The position numbers and the translations under genes were made by a program. From Candidatus Spechtbacterales bacterium (GTDB lineage Bacteria; Patescibacteriota; Minisyncoccia; Spechtbacterales; 2-12-FULL-38-22): DNA of 64,000 nucleotides. The stretch is taken from contig JBBDKX010000021.1 of the NCBI GenBank assembly GCA_040879145.1, forward strand, positions 29,256 to 93,255, written 5' to 3'. Of this stretch, positions 39,940-49,302 are shown one piece after another (the first letter of the stretch is position 1; each line of letters begins with the position of its first letter). The notes beneath the pieces are model-generated. The model was given only the letters and a program-made list of their open reading frames with translations. It searched no databases and was not told the DNA's origin.

Positions 39940-40015
39940 GAAGCCTAGGACGCCAGGTTTTCATCCTGGTAACACGGGTTCGAATCCCGTTGGGACCGCC
40001 ATATAAATTACCAAA

Positions 40016-40046
40016 AGGAAAACGGCTTATTAAGCCGTTTTCCTTT
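40016..40046 (+). terminator. Terminator hairpin after tRNA-Glu locus
   Basis: AAGGAAAACGGCTTA..AAGCCGTTTTCCTT. Confidence 0.6.
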
Positions 40047-40058
40047 ATAGATCAATTA

Positions 40059-41249
40059 ATGAGAGTGCTTGGCATAGAAACATCATGCGATGACACAGCC
40101 ATCGCCCTGCTTGAAGCCAAAAGAGAACTCCCCTCTCCCGAACTTAAGTTGCTTAAAAATATAGTATCTTCACAGGTAAAAATGCACTCCGAATACGGAG
40201 GAGTTGTGCCGGGATTAGCAAAGAGAGAACATCAAAAGAATTTAATTCCGGTGTTGTTTGAAGCACTGGAATTAAATTCCATGAAACATGAAACAGGAAA
40301 CATGAAACAGGCCCAAAAAATTAAAAACATTGAAAAAATATTAGAAAGATATGATGACCTGCTTGAGGAATTTAAAGAAAAGGTAGTACCGATTGAAAAG
40401 CCTGCTGTAGATTTAATCGCTGTAACTCATGGTCCAGGGCTTGAGCCCGCACTGTGGGTGGGAGTTAATTTTGCCCGCGCTTTGTCCGCTTTATGGGATA
40501 TTCCCATAATTGGAGTGGACCATATGGAAGGCCACATTGCAGTAAATTTACTGCAATGTGGAAATTCAAAATTCAAAATTCAAAATTCGAAATTAGCGAG
40601 AGAAATTGAATTTCCTGCAATTTCTCTCGCTGTATCGGGTGGGCATACCCAGCTTATACTTATTAAAAACTGGATGGATTATGAAATTTTAGGCGAAACT
40701 CTTGACGATGCGGCGGGTGAAGCATTTGATAAAGTAGCCCGCTTAATTGGGCTTGGATTTCCCGGAGGGCCTGAAATTGAAAAAATCGCAAAAAAGGGAG
40801 ACCCTAAGGCCTTTGATTTTCCCCGCCCCATAATGAACAGGCCGGATTATAACTTCAGTTTTTCAGGCTTAAAAACTGCAGTTATGTATAAAGTCAAAGA
40901 AATGACAGAAAAAGAAATAAAAAGCAGGCAAGCCGATATTGCCGCTTCTTTCCAGCAGGCGGCAATTGATACACTTGTTAAAAAATCTATAAAAGCGGCA
41001 AAAGCGCATAATATAAAAACATTTATGCTTGCGGGAGGAGTTGCGGCAAATACAGCGTTGCGCGAACAAATGAAAGAAGCTCTAAAAAAAGAGCTTCCCG
41101 AAGCTCAGTTTATGGTTCCCGAAATAAAACTGGCAACAGACAACGGTGCCATGATAGCGGTTGCCGGTTACATGCGCTATAAAGCGGGACAAAAAAGCAA
41201 CTGGCACACACTTAAAGCAGACAGTTCAAAGTTGATTACAGAGGAATAA
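40059..41249 (+). CDS. tsaD: tRNA N6-adenosine threonylcarbamoyltransferase
   Basis: LGIETSCDDT, GPGL, HMEGH, VSGGHTQL, DDAAGEAFDK, TDNGAMIA. Confidence 0.96.
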   Translation: MRVLGIETSCDDTAIALLEAKRELPSPELKLLKNIVSSQVKMHSEYGGVVPGLAKREHQKNLIPVLFEALELNSMKHETGNMKQAQKIKNIEKILERYDDLLEEFKEKVVPIEKPAVDLIAVTHGPGLEPALWVGVNFARALSALWDIPIIGVDHMEGHIAVNLLQCGNSKFKIQNSKLAREIEFPAISLAVSGGHTQLILIKNWMDYEILGETLDDAAGEAFDKVARLIGLGFPGGPEIEKIAKKGDPKAFDFPRPIMNRPDYNFSFSGLKTAVMYKVKEMTEKEIKSRQADIAASFQQAAIDTLVKKSIKAAKAHNIKTFMLAGGVAANTALREQMKEALKKELPEAQFMVPEIKLATDNGAMIAVAGYMRYKAGQKSNWHTLKADSSKLITEE

Positions 41250-41337
41250 TTAACTCAATACTATGAGTTAATTATAATAATTAACTCATGCTCATGAGTT
41301 AATTATAATAATCGACTCACAGGCATGAGTCGATTAT
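41246..41337. repeat. Three tandem 30-bp palindromes (12-bp arms, 6-bp variable spacer)
   Basis: ATAAT(TA/CG)ACTCA-N6-TGAGT(TA/CG)ATTAT, period 31. Confidence 0.9.
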
Positions 41338-42341
41338 TGTTTAACAAGATTTTCAAATATTTTTTCCAACTTGTCTAAATCTTCCTGTAAATCTCCCAGC
41401 TCCGCGTCTTCACTATCAAGCGCTTCAATTATACTGTAAGCGCTTTTTATATTATCCAAAAATTCTTTGTCAGCATTTTCGCTTTGCTCCCCTATTTGCA
41501 AATAAACTTCAAGTTGTTTTTTTATCTGTTTTATAAAAAGCCACCGCGCGGGATGTTTTGTAGCCTCGCTTTTTAATTCCTGCAATTTTTCTATATTTTT
41601 TTCCAGCATTTCATCCTCTACAGAAGATAAAACCTCACCGGCTCTTTTTCTTTGATATAAAGCGCCGGCTATATTTTCAGCTCTCATTATTTCAGCTGTA
41701 GTTTTAAACATATCGCTCGCATTAGGGCCACTCAAAGATACCGCAACAGGTGGAAGATTGGATAGCCCCCCTTTGTACCTGTTTCCGTCTTTATCTTTTA
41801 TGGCAGATTGAAAATAGTCTACCCGTGCAAAGGTGTCGGCATACGGCTTGCCCGTAGCTGTATTTGTCTCGCCCCTCACAGCTTTTGCAAATCTTTCGGC
41901 TTTTTTAGATAGACTGGCAAGACTTTTTCCACTATAAGCATCTATGGCAAGGCCTAATCTTTTTACCTCTTTATCTTCTAAGTCTCCGCCTATGGCGGAA
42001 AACTCTACCACCATGTCTATTCCATGGGCTATGTCGTCATATTCTGAAGTATTTACAGCATGTCCGCCCTCTCCAAGCCAGTGCATGTTTTCAATATAAT
42101 ACGCGGCTAAAATTTCAAGCGCCTTTGCTTTTTTTTCAATAATGTCATTATACTCTTCCATCTTAGCGCGTACTTTTTGAACATAACCTGTATCACGCTT
42201 TATTTTCTCCTCATCGTAAACATCTAAAAAATCTTCGGGGTTTGGCCGTTTTATCATATCTCCACGCGCAATAATAATATCCAGATATTTTTCAATATCC
42301 AAATCTTCACGTTTTTCTTGTTGTGGGAAGGTTTCGGGCAT
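41334..42341 (-). CDS. Hypothetical protein (possible PD-(D/E)XK-like fold)
   Basis: TSEYDDIAHGIDMVVEF...LGLAID. Confidence 0.7.
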   Translation of the reverse strand: MPETFPQQEKREDLDIEKYLDIIIARGDMIKRPNPEDFLDVYDEEKIKRDTGYVQKVRAKMEEYNDIIEKKAKALEILAAYYIENMHWLGEGGHAVNTSEYDDIAHGIDMVVEFSAIGGDLEDKEVKRLGLAIDAYSGKSLASLSKKAERFAKAVRGETNTATGKPYADTFARVDYFQSAIKDKDGNRYKGGLSNLPPVAVSLSGPNASDMFKTTAEIMRAENIAGALYQRKRAGEVLSSVEDEMLEKNIEKLQELKSEATKHPARWLFIKQIKKQLEVYLQIGEQSENADKEFLDNIKSAYSIIEALDSEDAELGDLQEDLDKLEKIFENLVKQ

Positions 42342-42358
42342 GTTGAATTTTAGTTTGA

Positions 42359-44674
42359 TTACGAAATATTAATTCTAAACGGTCTTGTTGTCTGATTGTT
42401 TATTAAAAGTTTAGCATGCGCTTTAAAATTGTCTATGTTGCTTAAATCTTCTTCGGTAAAAGCCGGTTCAAATTGTTCTTTTAAAAATTGGGCATCTTCT
42501 ATCCCCACGCGCAAAGCAAGCATGGAACCCACATTGCCAAACACAGCTTTTTGTATCTTATCTTCCAATTGCGCTATAAACTGATGCGCCATAATAAGAT
42601 TCAGGTGGTACTTTCTCGCTTCAGATAAAATAGTAGCTATGCTGTCTGTAGAAAAATTTTGAAACTCATCCATATACAGATAAAAGTCGTTCCTAGTCTC
42701 CTCTTCTATGTCTACGCGCGAAAGCGATGCAATAAGCAATTTTCCCACAATAACAAGCCCTACAAGGTTGGCGTTAAGTTCGCCAAGTTTTCCTTTGCTC
42801 AGGTTCACCAGTATTATCTTCTTTTCGTCCATCGCAGTCCTAAAATTGAGCGAACTTTGCTTATGGCTTATTATCGGTCGTAGAAACTCATCCGAGACAA
42901 AACCGTTTATCTTGCTTGTAATATATGGCGCTATGTTTGCAAGGGCCGCATCCCCTCCCGCCTTTTCGGCTTCTTTCTCCCAAAAGTTCTTAACTACCTC
43001 GTTGGTTTCCCGGCTCAACTTATCACTTCTAAACTCGGAATCTGTAAGAACACGTGATACATCTAAAAGTGTGGGAATTTCATATTCGTAATCATCTAAT
43101 AGAAGGAGGCAGGCATTTCTAAAATACTGGTCAAACATGGGACCCATTGTCTCTTCATGAAAAAGTTTGCGAAATATTCCCAGGAGTTCGTTCACCACAA
43201 GCGTCTTTTGCTGCGGACGACTTGTGTCATATTCAAGCATATTTAACCCGAAAGGACGGCTGGGGTCGCCCGGGTCAAACCACACAATATCATCCCAGCG
43301 CTCTTTGGGAACTACCTCAAGTATCTTATGCGCCAAATCTCCGTGAGGGTCTAAGAGTGCCACGCCTTCTCCATTAGCTATATCCTGCTTTATCATATTA
43401 TAAATAAGCCTACTCTTACCGGTTCCCGTCTGCCCTATTATATACATGTGTCTGCGCCTGTCATTTTTTGATATTCGTACAAGATGCCTCTCACCCCTGT
43501 AAACATTTTCCCCGAGCACAAGACCTTCAGCAGGCAACGTGGGTGGTGGTGGTGCCGCCTTGCTACGCAAGCTGCGCATCTTTGTCATTTCTGTATCTAC
43601 AACAGGAAAGTGGTAAAAACTTACAACTTCATCAATTGAAAAATTAGACGCGTTTGCCGAACGGGGTATTCTAAATGAATAATCAAAGATAAACTTACGC
43701 ATACTTCTTGCCGGAACTTTTTTAAATACCAGAGAGTTGCCACTGGCTGAATTAAACTGCGCAAAAGCGGCTTCAAGCTCACTCAATACCTGCTCAGCCC
43801 TGCCTTTATCTTCAGCCGCGGAAACAAGGCGCAAATTAACATTAAAGTGCGTCTTATAAGCCTTATCGCGCACCATCTGTACAGTGTGTTCGTCTACCGG
43901 CTTGCGATACATTTCCTGTTGCTCTTCAGGTTTTGGAGGTTTGCTGGTAAACTCTTTAAACACATCCTTTGCCAAACTACCGCTGCCTTCATGCGATGCC
44001 TCGTTAAAGCTTTTACCTTTATACATCTCCTGCACTATCTTTTCCGCCATACTCTGTTGGTTTTTAGAACTTACCGGCTTTAACACTAACTGTACCACAA
44101 CCCCCTCCCCTTCTGCTTTTAACTTGCTCATTGCTGTAGCTATGTTGTTAAGAGGGTCGGCATTCATTTCATGATAAGTTACAAGAGGAAGCACAGAAGG
44201 CCGGCGCAATTGGGCAAAAGATGCCGCTGAAGCGCCTCCGGGATTAAAAATGCTATAATCTTTTACCTGCTCCACCTCTGCGTGAGGGAAAAAACCATGT
44301 ACCTGTTTTTCTAATATATTTTCCATATTGCGAGGCACAGCAATATATGTATGAATATGCTCGCCTTTGTGATGTACCGCCATCTCCAGTGCTATATACG
44401 GCTTACCGTAAAGAGTTTCTCTCAACCAGCCTCCGGCTTCCAGTGTACTAAAAGAGGCAAGGAGCTGTTCCATTAAAGATATCTTTTCTTTTACCGCCTC
44501 GTGACCCTGGCCTCCTTCTGCCTTATTTGCAAGCGGAAGAGTTACCAAAAAAAGACTCATGTTTAAAGAGCGGGTAACTACTCCGCGTTTTGCAAGATGG
44601 CGCATCCAAACTAAAACACCACCCATGAGAGCAAAAAGTAAAACAAGTCCTGAAATTATAAAAAACTGTGTCAT
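42359..44674 (-). CDS. VirD4/TraD-like (HerA/FtsK superfamily) ATPase
   Basis: RRRHMYIIGQTGTGKS, LDPHGDL, LYMDEFQNF, SEARKY, AHQFIAQL; N-terminal TM. Confidence 0.88.
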   Translation of the reverse strand: MTQFFIISGLVLLFALMGGVLVWMRHLAKRGVVTRSLNMSLFLVTLPLANKAEGGQGHEAVKEKISLMEQLLASFSTLEAGGWLRETLYGKPYIALEMAVHHKGEHIHTYIAVPRNMENILEKQVHGFFPHAEVEQVKDYSIFNPGGASAASFAQLRRPSVLPLVTYHEMNADPLNNIATAMSKLKAEGEGVVVQLVLKPVSSKNQQSMAEKIVQEMYKGKSFNEASHEGSGSLAKDVFKEFTSKPPKPEEQQEMYRKPVDEHTVQMVRDKAYKTHFNVNLRLVSAAEDKGRAEQVLSELEAAFAQFNSASGNSLVFKKVPARSMRKFIFDYSFRIPRSANASNFSIDEVVSFYHFPVVDTEMTKMRSLRSKAAPPPPTLPAEGLVLGENVYRGERHLVRISKNDRRRHMYIIGQTGTGKSRLIYNMIKQDIANGEGVALLDPHGDLAHKILEVVPKERWDDIVWFDPGDPSRPFGLNMLEYDTSRPQQKTLVVNELLGIFRKLFHEETMGPMFDQYFRNACLLLLDDYEYEIPTLLDVSRVLTDSEFRSDKLSRETNEVVKNFWEKEAEKAGGDAALANIAPYITSKINGFVSDEFLRPIISHKQSSLNFRTAMDEKKIILVNLSKGKLGELNANLVGLVIVGKLLIASLSRVDIEEETRNDFYLYMDEFQNFSTDSIATILSEARKYHLNLIMAHQFIAQLEDKIQKAVFGNVGSMLALRVGIEDAQFLKEQFEPAFTEEDLSNIDNFKAHAKLLINNQTTRPFRINIS

Positions 44675-44676
44675 AT

Positions 44677-45096
44677 CTATAATTTTTCCAGTTTTCCCGT
44701 GTTGACTAAGTGGTCATGCAGCTCGTCAACTAAGGCATCGTGAAAAGCATCTATAAGCGCGGCGTCATCAGTTGCCCGCACCTCTTTTACAGCGCTGTCT
44801 AAATCTTTTTCAAATACACTATTAACAAGTTTCTGCACTCTCTCATGAAGCTCCGGTAAGTTGTAGGACTGCTCCTCACCTCCATGGGTGGCCGGCAGCT
44901 CTTCGTGCCTTTCTTCTTCGTGCGGTGAATGTTCGGTTTCACCATACAGTTTTTCACCGACAATATCATGCAGGTGCTCTTTTTCCGGCTTTGGTTCGGA
45001 TTCAATACGGCGTCCATCCACGGGCAACTGCTTTCTCTTTTCTATTTCCTGCGTTAAGGTTTCAAGTTGTTGTTCTAATGTTTGGTTGTCTGCCAT
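44677..45096 (-). CDS. Hypothetical protein
   Basis: LIDAFHDALVD motif; 2 bp upstream of the ATPase gene. Confidence 0.7.
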   Translation of the reverse strand: MADNQTLEQQLETLTQEIEKRKQLPVDGRRIESEPKPEKEHLHDIVGEKLYGETEHSPHEEERHEELPATHGGEEQSYNLPELHERVQKLVNSVFEKDLDSAVKEVRATDDAALIDAFHDALVDELHDHLVNTGKLEKL

Positions 45097-45097
45097 A

Positions 45098-45748
45098 TTA
45101 ATTTTCTGAGTTTATTTTTTCGTTATATTTTTCTAAAACTTTTTTTGCTTCTTGCTGCACAGCGGGGTCTTGGTCAGATTCGGCTCTTCTTTTTATATTT
45201 TCCAAAATAAAACCCTTGTCTGCACCCTCTGTAACTTCAAATAAAACCTCCGCATAAGCTTCCAGGTTTTTCAGCCTTTTGTTTACTTTTTTATCTTCTT
45301 CTTTAAGCATTTCTTTTATCTGTTTCATTCCTTCGCTCGCTTCTCTTTCCATCCCCTCCTCTGTGTTAGCTTTCAACATCTCCTCTATTTGCTCTATGCC
45401 TTCATTTGCTTCTTTCTTCACCCGCTCTTCTCTTTGTTGTTCTATATTAGCTTCTAATAGTTCCGTGATTCTTTCAGCCTCTTGTCGCACCTGATTATTT
45501 TCACCTTCATCATCCGCTGTTCTCATATAACTCTCTAAAACTTTTTCCTTGTCTGAAAAGGTCGCATCTTCAATCGCCTTCTCTGCAAAAAGACGCATAT
45601 CTCTTATCTTGTTTTTAATATCTTGTTCTTGCTCGCGGGCTTCTTTTTTAAGAATATCTTCTAACTCCTCTATGCCCTGTTTCGCATAGTTTTTAAGATC
45701 TTTGCTTTTGTTTAAATCTTTGTTATTATCAAAATTTTCAAGTCCCAT
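45098..45748 (-). CDS. Hypothetical helical protein with internal repeats
   Basis: A..GIE.IEEMLK unit repeated. Confidence 0.7.
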   Translation of the reverse strand: MGLENFDNNKDLNKSKDLKNYAKQGIEELEDILKKEAREQEQDIKNKIRDMRLFAEKAIEDATFSDKEKVLESYMRTADDEGENNQVRQEAERITELLEANIEQQREERVKKEANEGIEQIEEMLKANTEEGMEREASEGMKQIKEMLKEEDKKVNKRLKNLEAYAEVLFEVTEGADKGFILENIKRRAESDQDPAVQQEAKKVLEKYNEKINSEN

Positions 45749-46081
45749 ATTTTTGATTAATTAATTTTTTGCCTAATATTATTCTAACATAAAAACAGCT
45801 ACAAAAATTGAAAAATCAGAAAATTAAGCTATAATGTAAAGGTTCGCGCTTTACGCGCTCAACTTTGAAAAATACAAAGCACGAAATCCGATATTCGGAT
45901 TTTGAAATTAATTTTGTTGAGCGTTAGCGCCTGCCTGCCGGCAGGCAGGCCTGCCTGCCGCGCTAGCGTAGCGGCGCAGGTAGGAAATCCCGACGCTATC
46001 AAAATCTTTGATTTTGATAGCGTCGAGGATCCACGATACCGCAAGCGAATCAAAGATTTGGGCGGTATCGGGACAAAAATT

Positions 46082-46582
46082 ATGGAAAAACCTGTTATCC
46101 AAGCGCCGGCAGAGGTTTTGCGCAAAAAAAGTGAACCAATAAAGCAATACAATACCCCCGATTTAAAAGGGTTAATTTCGGATATGATGGACACGGTTAT
46201 AAAAGAAGACGGCGTAGGCCTTGCAGCTCCTCAAATAAATATCTCAAAAAGAATTTTTATAATACCCGAGGATTACGCCCCTGAGATAAAAAACCTAAAC
46301 CCCAAAACATGGTTGCGTCCCAAAACGCAAACTGTATTTATTAATCCTGAAATAATTTTTTACAGCGATGTTAAAGAGGAGACAGAAGAAGGTTGTCTAA
46401 GTGTAAAAGGAGCAAATATGTACCACCCAACAAACCGCTCTTATGAAGTTGTAATACGCGCGCAAAATGAAAAAGGTAAAAAGTTCAAAATACGAGGACG
46501 GGGTTTTTTGGCGCGTATATTCCAACACGAAACAGACCACTTAAACGGAATTCTGTTTATAGACAGAATGCATGAAAAATAG
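46082..46582 (+). CDS. def: Peptide deformylase
   Basis: GVGLAAPQ, EGCLS, QHETDHLNG. Confidence 0.96.
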   Translation: MEKPVIQAPAEVLRKKSEPIKQYNTPDLKGLISDMMDTVIKEDGVGLAAPQINISKRIFIIPEDYAPEIKNLNPKTWLRPKTQTVFINPEIIFYSDVKEETEEGCLSVKGANMYHPTNRSYEVVIRAQNEKGKKFKIRGRGFLARIFQHETDHLNGILFIDRMHEK

Positions 46583-46584
46583 AC

Positions 46585-46707
46585 AAGCAAATTAACGATA
46601 TATAAATTTAGACCGTTGCAAGCGCCTACCTTATAACCCAAATTTGTTATTAATGAATTCTAAGATAGAAAAAGTGGGGTCTAAATTTATATATCGTTAA
46701 TTTGCTT
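46585..46707. repeat. 30-bp perfect inverted repeats around a 63-bp spacer (MITE-like) between def and fmt
   Basis: AAGCAAATTAACGATATATAAATTTAGACC and its reverse complement. Confidence 0.85.
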
Positions 46708-46714
46708 TTACATA

Positions 46715-47656
46715 ATGAAAAATAAATCAAAAATTATCTTCTTTGGAACTCCGAAATTCGCTGATATTATCTTAAAAGAGCTTATAGCTGCTGACTATAA
46801 GCCCTGTTTGATTGTAACAGCTCCCGACAAACCCGTGGGTAGAAAACAAGAACTTGTGCCGCCTGCAACCAAAATCACAGCAAAAAAACATGGCATAGAA
46901 GTTTGGCAGCCCGAAAAATTGGAAATTGGAAATTGGAAATTGGAAATTAACAAACTTGGTCATATTGATTTTGCTGTAGTAGCGGCATACGGTAAAATTA
47001 TCCCGAAAGAAATTTTAGATACTTTAAAAAACAGATTTGCAAATATTCACCCCTCTCTTTTGCCTAAATGGCGCGGTCCCTCGCCTGTGCACTCCGCTCT
47101 TTTGCATGGTGATACAACAACAGGAAGTACAATTATTTTACTGGATGAAAAAATGGACCATGGACCAATACTTGCACAGGAGGCATTAAAAATATCGGAA
47201 ACAGACACAACAGAAAGCCTCACAGAAAAACTCGCTATACACGGAGCTAAAGTCTTAATAAAAACTATTCCCGATTGGACAAGCGGTAAAATTAAATCAA
47301 AAGAACAAGACCACAACAGCGCTTCATACACAAAAATAATAACCCGTGAAGATGGGCGAGTAGATTGGCACGAGAGCGCGCCAAGCTTAGAGCGCAGGTT
47401 ACGAGCTTTTACTCCTTGGCCGGGACTATTTACATACTGGGAAGAAAAAAGATTAAAAATACTATCATTAGACACAGAAAAAAACGAACAAAAAATAAAC
47501 CCCGGACAGGTTGTACAACATAAAAATATTTTCGCAATACAAACCGGAAGGGGGCTTGTACTGCCGAGGGAAGTGCAGTTAGAGGGTGGCAAGCCAATGG
47601 AAGTAAAAGAGTTCTTAAAAGGCCACCCCGGCATAATAGGCGTTCAGCTTCTGTAA
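46715..47656 (+). CDS. fmt: Methionyl-tRNA formyltransferase
   Basis: FFGTP.F, PDKPVGR, VAAYGKII, NIHPSLLPKWRG, MDHGPI. Confidence 0.96.
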   Translation: MKNKSKIIFFGTPKFADIILKELIAADYKPCLIVTAPDKPVGRKQELVPPATKITAKKHGIEVWQPEKLEIGNWKLEINKLGHIDFAVVAAYGKIIPKEILDTLKNRFANIHPSLLPKWRGPSPVHSALLHGDTTTGSTIILLDEKMDHGPILAQEALKISETDTTESLTEKLAIHGAKVLIKTIPDWTSGKIKSKEQDHNSASYTKIITREDGRVDWHESAPSLERRLRAFTPWPGLFTYWEEKRLKILSLDTEKNEQKINPGQVVQHKNIFAIQTGRGLVLPREVQLEGGKPMEVKEFLKGHPGIIGVQLL

Positions 47657-47692
47657 AAAATAAACGGGTCACTGCAGTGACCCGTTTATTTT

Positions 47693-47884
47693 TTACATAT
47701 GTTTTTTTAAAAGATTAGTCAGCTCGCTTGTGTGCTCTTCCTTATCTTTTTGCATTTTTTCCCAAAAGGCTTTACAATCCGCGCACTCCCCTGCATCTTT
47801 TAAATAATTGTTTTTAATGCGCCACAAGGCCTTGTTCTCCTGCGTTAACTGCAACATTAAATTGTATAAATGATTATCTAACAT
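47693..47884 (-). CDS. Small ferritin-like helical protein
   Basis: DNHLYNLMLQL...ALWR...Y.KDA..C..C. Confidence 0.7.
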   Translation of the reverse strand: MLDNHLYNLMLQLTQENKALWRIKNNYLKDAGECADCKAFWEKMQKDKEEHTSELTNLLKKHM

Positions 47885-47920
47885 AGTGTGTTTTAAATTT
47901 TAATTATATTTTTAATTATA

Positions 47921-48475
47921 TCATTCTATTGGGCAAACTAAAGGATCATTAATCTTTTTAGCTAGTACGTATATTGAAACAAGAAGAAGCATAACCCCCA
48001 AAATGCCAAACTCAGCCCCTTTAAACGGCAAAATAACTAAAAGCCCTGTAGCGCCGAGGGATGCTAAAAGAGGAGTTAAAATAAGCGAGCCGCAAGCCGC
48101 ACAGCCTACTCCCAAAAAACCGCTCATAGTACCGCCTATGCTTGAAAAGACTCCCCTCTTTTGTATTCTCTGTTTAGATAAACGATTTTTACTTATCATA
48201 AACACAAGCATTGGTATATTTACCCCTAAAAGAATTGATATCGCAATGGTGCTAAATGCGGACAAAGGAATAACACTTGTCTGTAAACCTCCCACAAGTC
48301 CCCAAAAAAAGTGAAGTTTATACCAAATACTTACAGTCGGTGCCATTAGTACCTTTCCCACAAGTGTGGCATTTGGCGCCAATACAGAAGTAAAAAAAAC
48401 CAAAAACGAAACAGCCACTCCCATCACAACATAGAGTGGCTGTTTAAAAACCCGTTTTAAAGATTTTAGCAACAT
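47921..48475 (-). CDS. Membrane protein with GCAACG motif
   Basis: 4 TMs; downstream of DsbA-like gene. Confidence 0.7.
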   Translation of the reverse strand: MLLKSLKRVFKQPLYVVMGVAVSFLVFFTSVLAPNATLVGKVLMAPTVSIWYKLHFFWGLVGGLQTSVIPLSAFSTIAISILLGVNIPMLVFMISKNRLSKQRIQKRGVFSSIGGTMSGFLGVGCAACGSLILTPLLASLGATGLLVILPFKGAEFGILGVMLLLVSIYVLAKKINDPLVCPIE

Positions 48476-48495
48476 TATTGCTATATTATACCTCC

Positions 48496-49302
48496 TTAAT
48501 TGGCCTGAAGCGCTAAGTCAACAATGGCCTTTATGCTGTCGTAAGGTTGTGCTCCATCTACAGGGTATGTTTCACCGTTAGGTGCTACAACTACACTGTA
48601 AGGAGTGCCCCTCAAGCCCGCGTTAAACGCATCTTCCAGGCTGTCTGCAACCTTATCTGCATACCTGCCACTATCTAAGCAAGTCTGGAAAGCTGACCTG
48701 TTAACACCCGCGTAAACCGCTATTTCCGGCAACTGAGAATCCGCAAGTCCATTATTCATTGGACCTACTTCAAACACTCTGTCAATAAAAGCCCAAAAAG
48801 CATCATTTCCGCCAAGCTCTCCCGCGCATTCCGCGGCCTCTGCCTCCCTCGGTGCTTTTGAATGCAGTTGTTCAAGAGGCGCGTGCCTGTAAACCCATGC
48901 CACCTGCCCGTCGTAATCTTCTACAATCTGGTTAAGTGTTGAATGTATTCTTTGGCAAAATGGACACTCTAAGTCTGAATACTCAACTATCTTTACAGGC
49001 GCGTTTGAATCACCTTTTATCCAGTCGTCAGAAGTTACTTCTTTCATCTCTATCTCAGCGGAAGTTCCGGGAGGTACCGGTTCTGCCGTGTTGCCGGGCT
49101 GGTTATTATTTGCCACCTGGTTAGTTCCTGTAGTAGCCCCTCCCGATAAATAAACAGCGGCTGCAATAAACATGCCCGCTATTATTATGGACAAAGGAAT
49201 AAGAAACTGATTATTGTCTCCGCCTTTATCTTCTTTTTTGAGATCTTTTAACTTTGATTCAAGTTCTTTTATCTCGACTTCTGAAGTTTTTTTCTCTGTC
49301 AT
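48496..49302 (-). CDS. DsbA family thioredoxin-fold protein
   Basis: EYSDLECPFC, GLRGTP, GAQPY; N-terminal TM. Confidence 0.9.
   Translation of the reverse strand: MTEKKTSEVEIKELESKLKDLKKEDKGGDNNQFLIPLSIIIAGMFIAAAVYLSGGATTGTNQVANNNQPGNTAEPVPPGTSAEIEMKEVTSDDWIKGDSNAPVKIVEYSDLECPFCQRIHSTLNQIVEDYDGQVAWVYRHAPLEQLHSKAPREAEAAECAGELGGNDAFWAFIDRVFEVGPMNNGLADSQLPEIAVYAGVNRSAFQTCLDSGRYADKVADSLEDAFNAGLRGTPYSVVVAPNGETYPVDGAQPYDSIKAIVDLALQAN

Larger units (their letters stand above)
39544..40001 (+). pseudogene. Outer tRNA-Glu(UUC) split in the D-loop by a 380-bp insertion
   Basis: GGTCCCATCGTCT (39544-39556) plus GCCTAGGACG...GGGACCGCCA (39943-40001). Confidence 0.8.

Noticed and set aside
41246-41337. 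Possible CRISPR array
   Set aside because: Variable parts are only 6 bp, there are three units, and no cas genes are present.
42359-44674. Conjugative element suggested by the VirD4-like ATPase
   Set aside because: No relaxase, other T4SS genes or element boundaries are nearby.
45902-46081. N-terminal extension of def (ACLPAGRPAC...)
   Set aside because: It is a translation of palindromic repeats; the family-typical start is at 46082.
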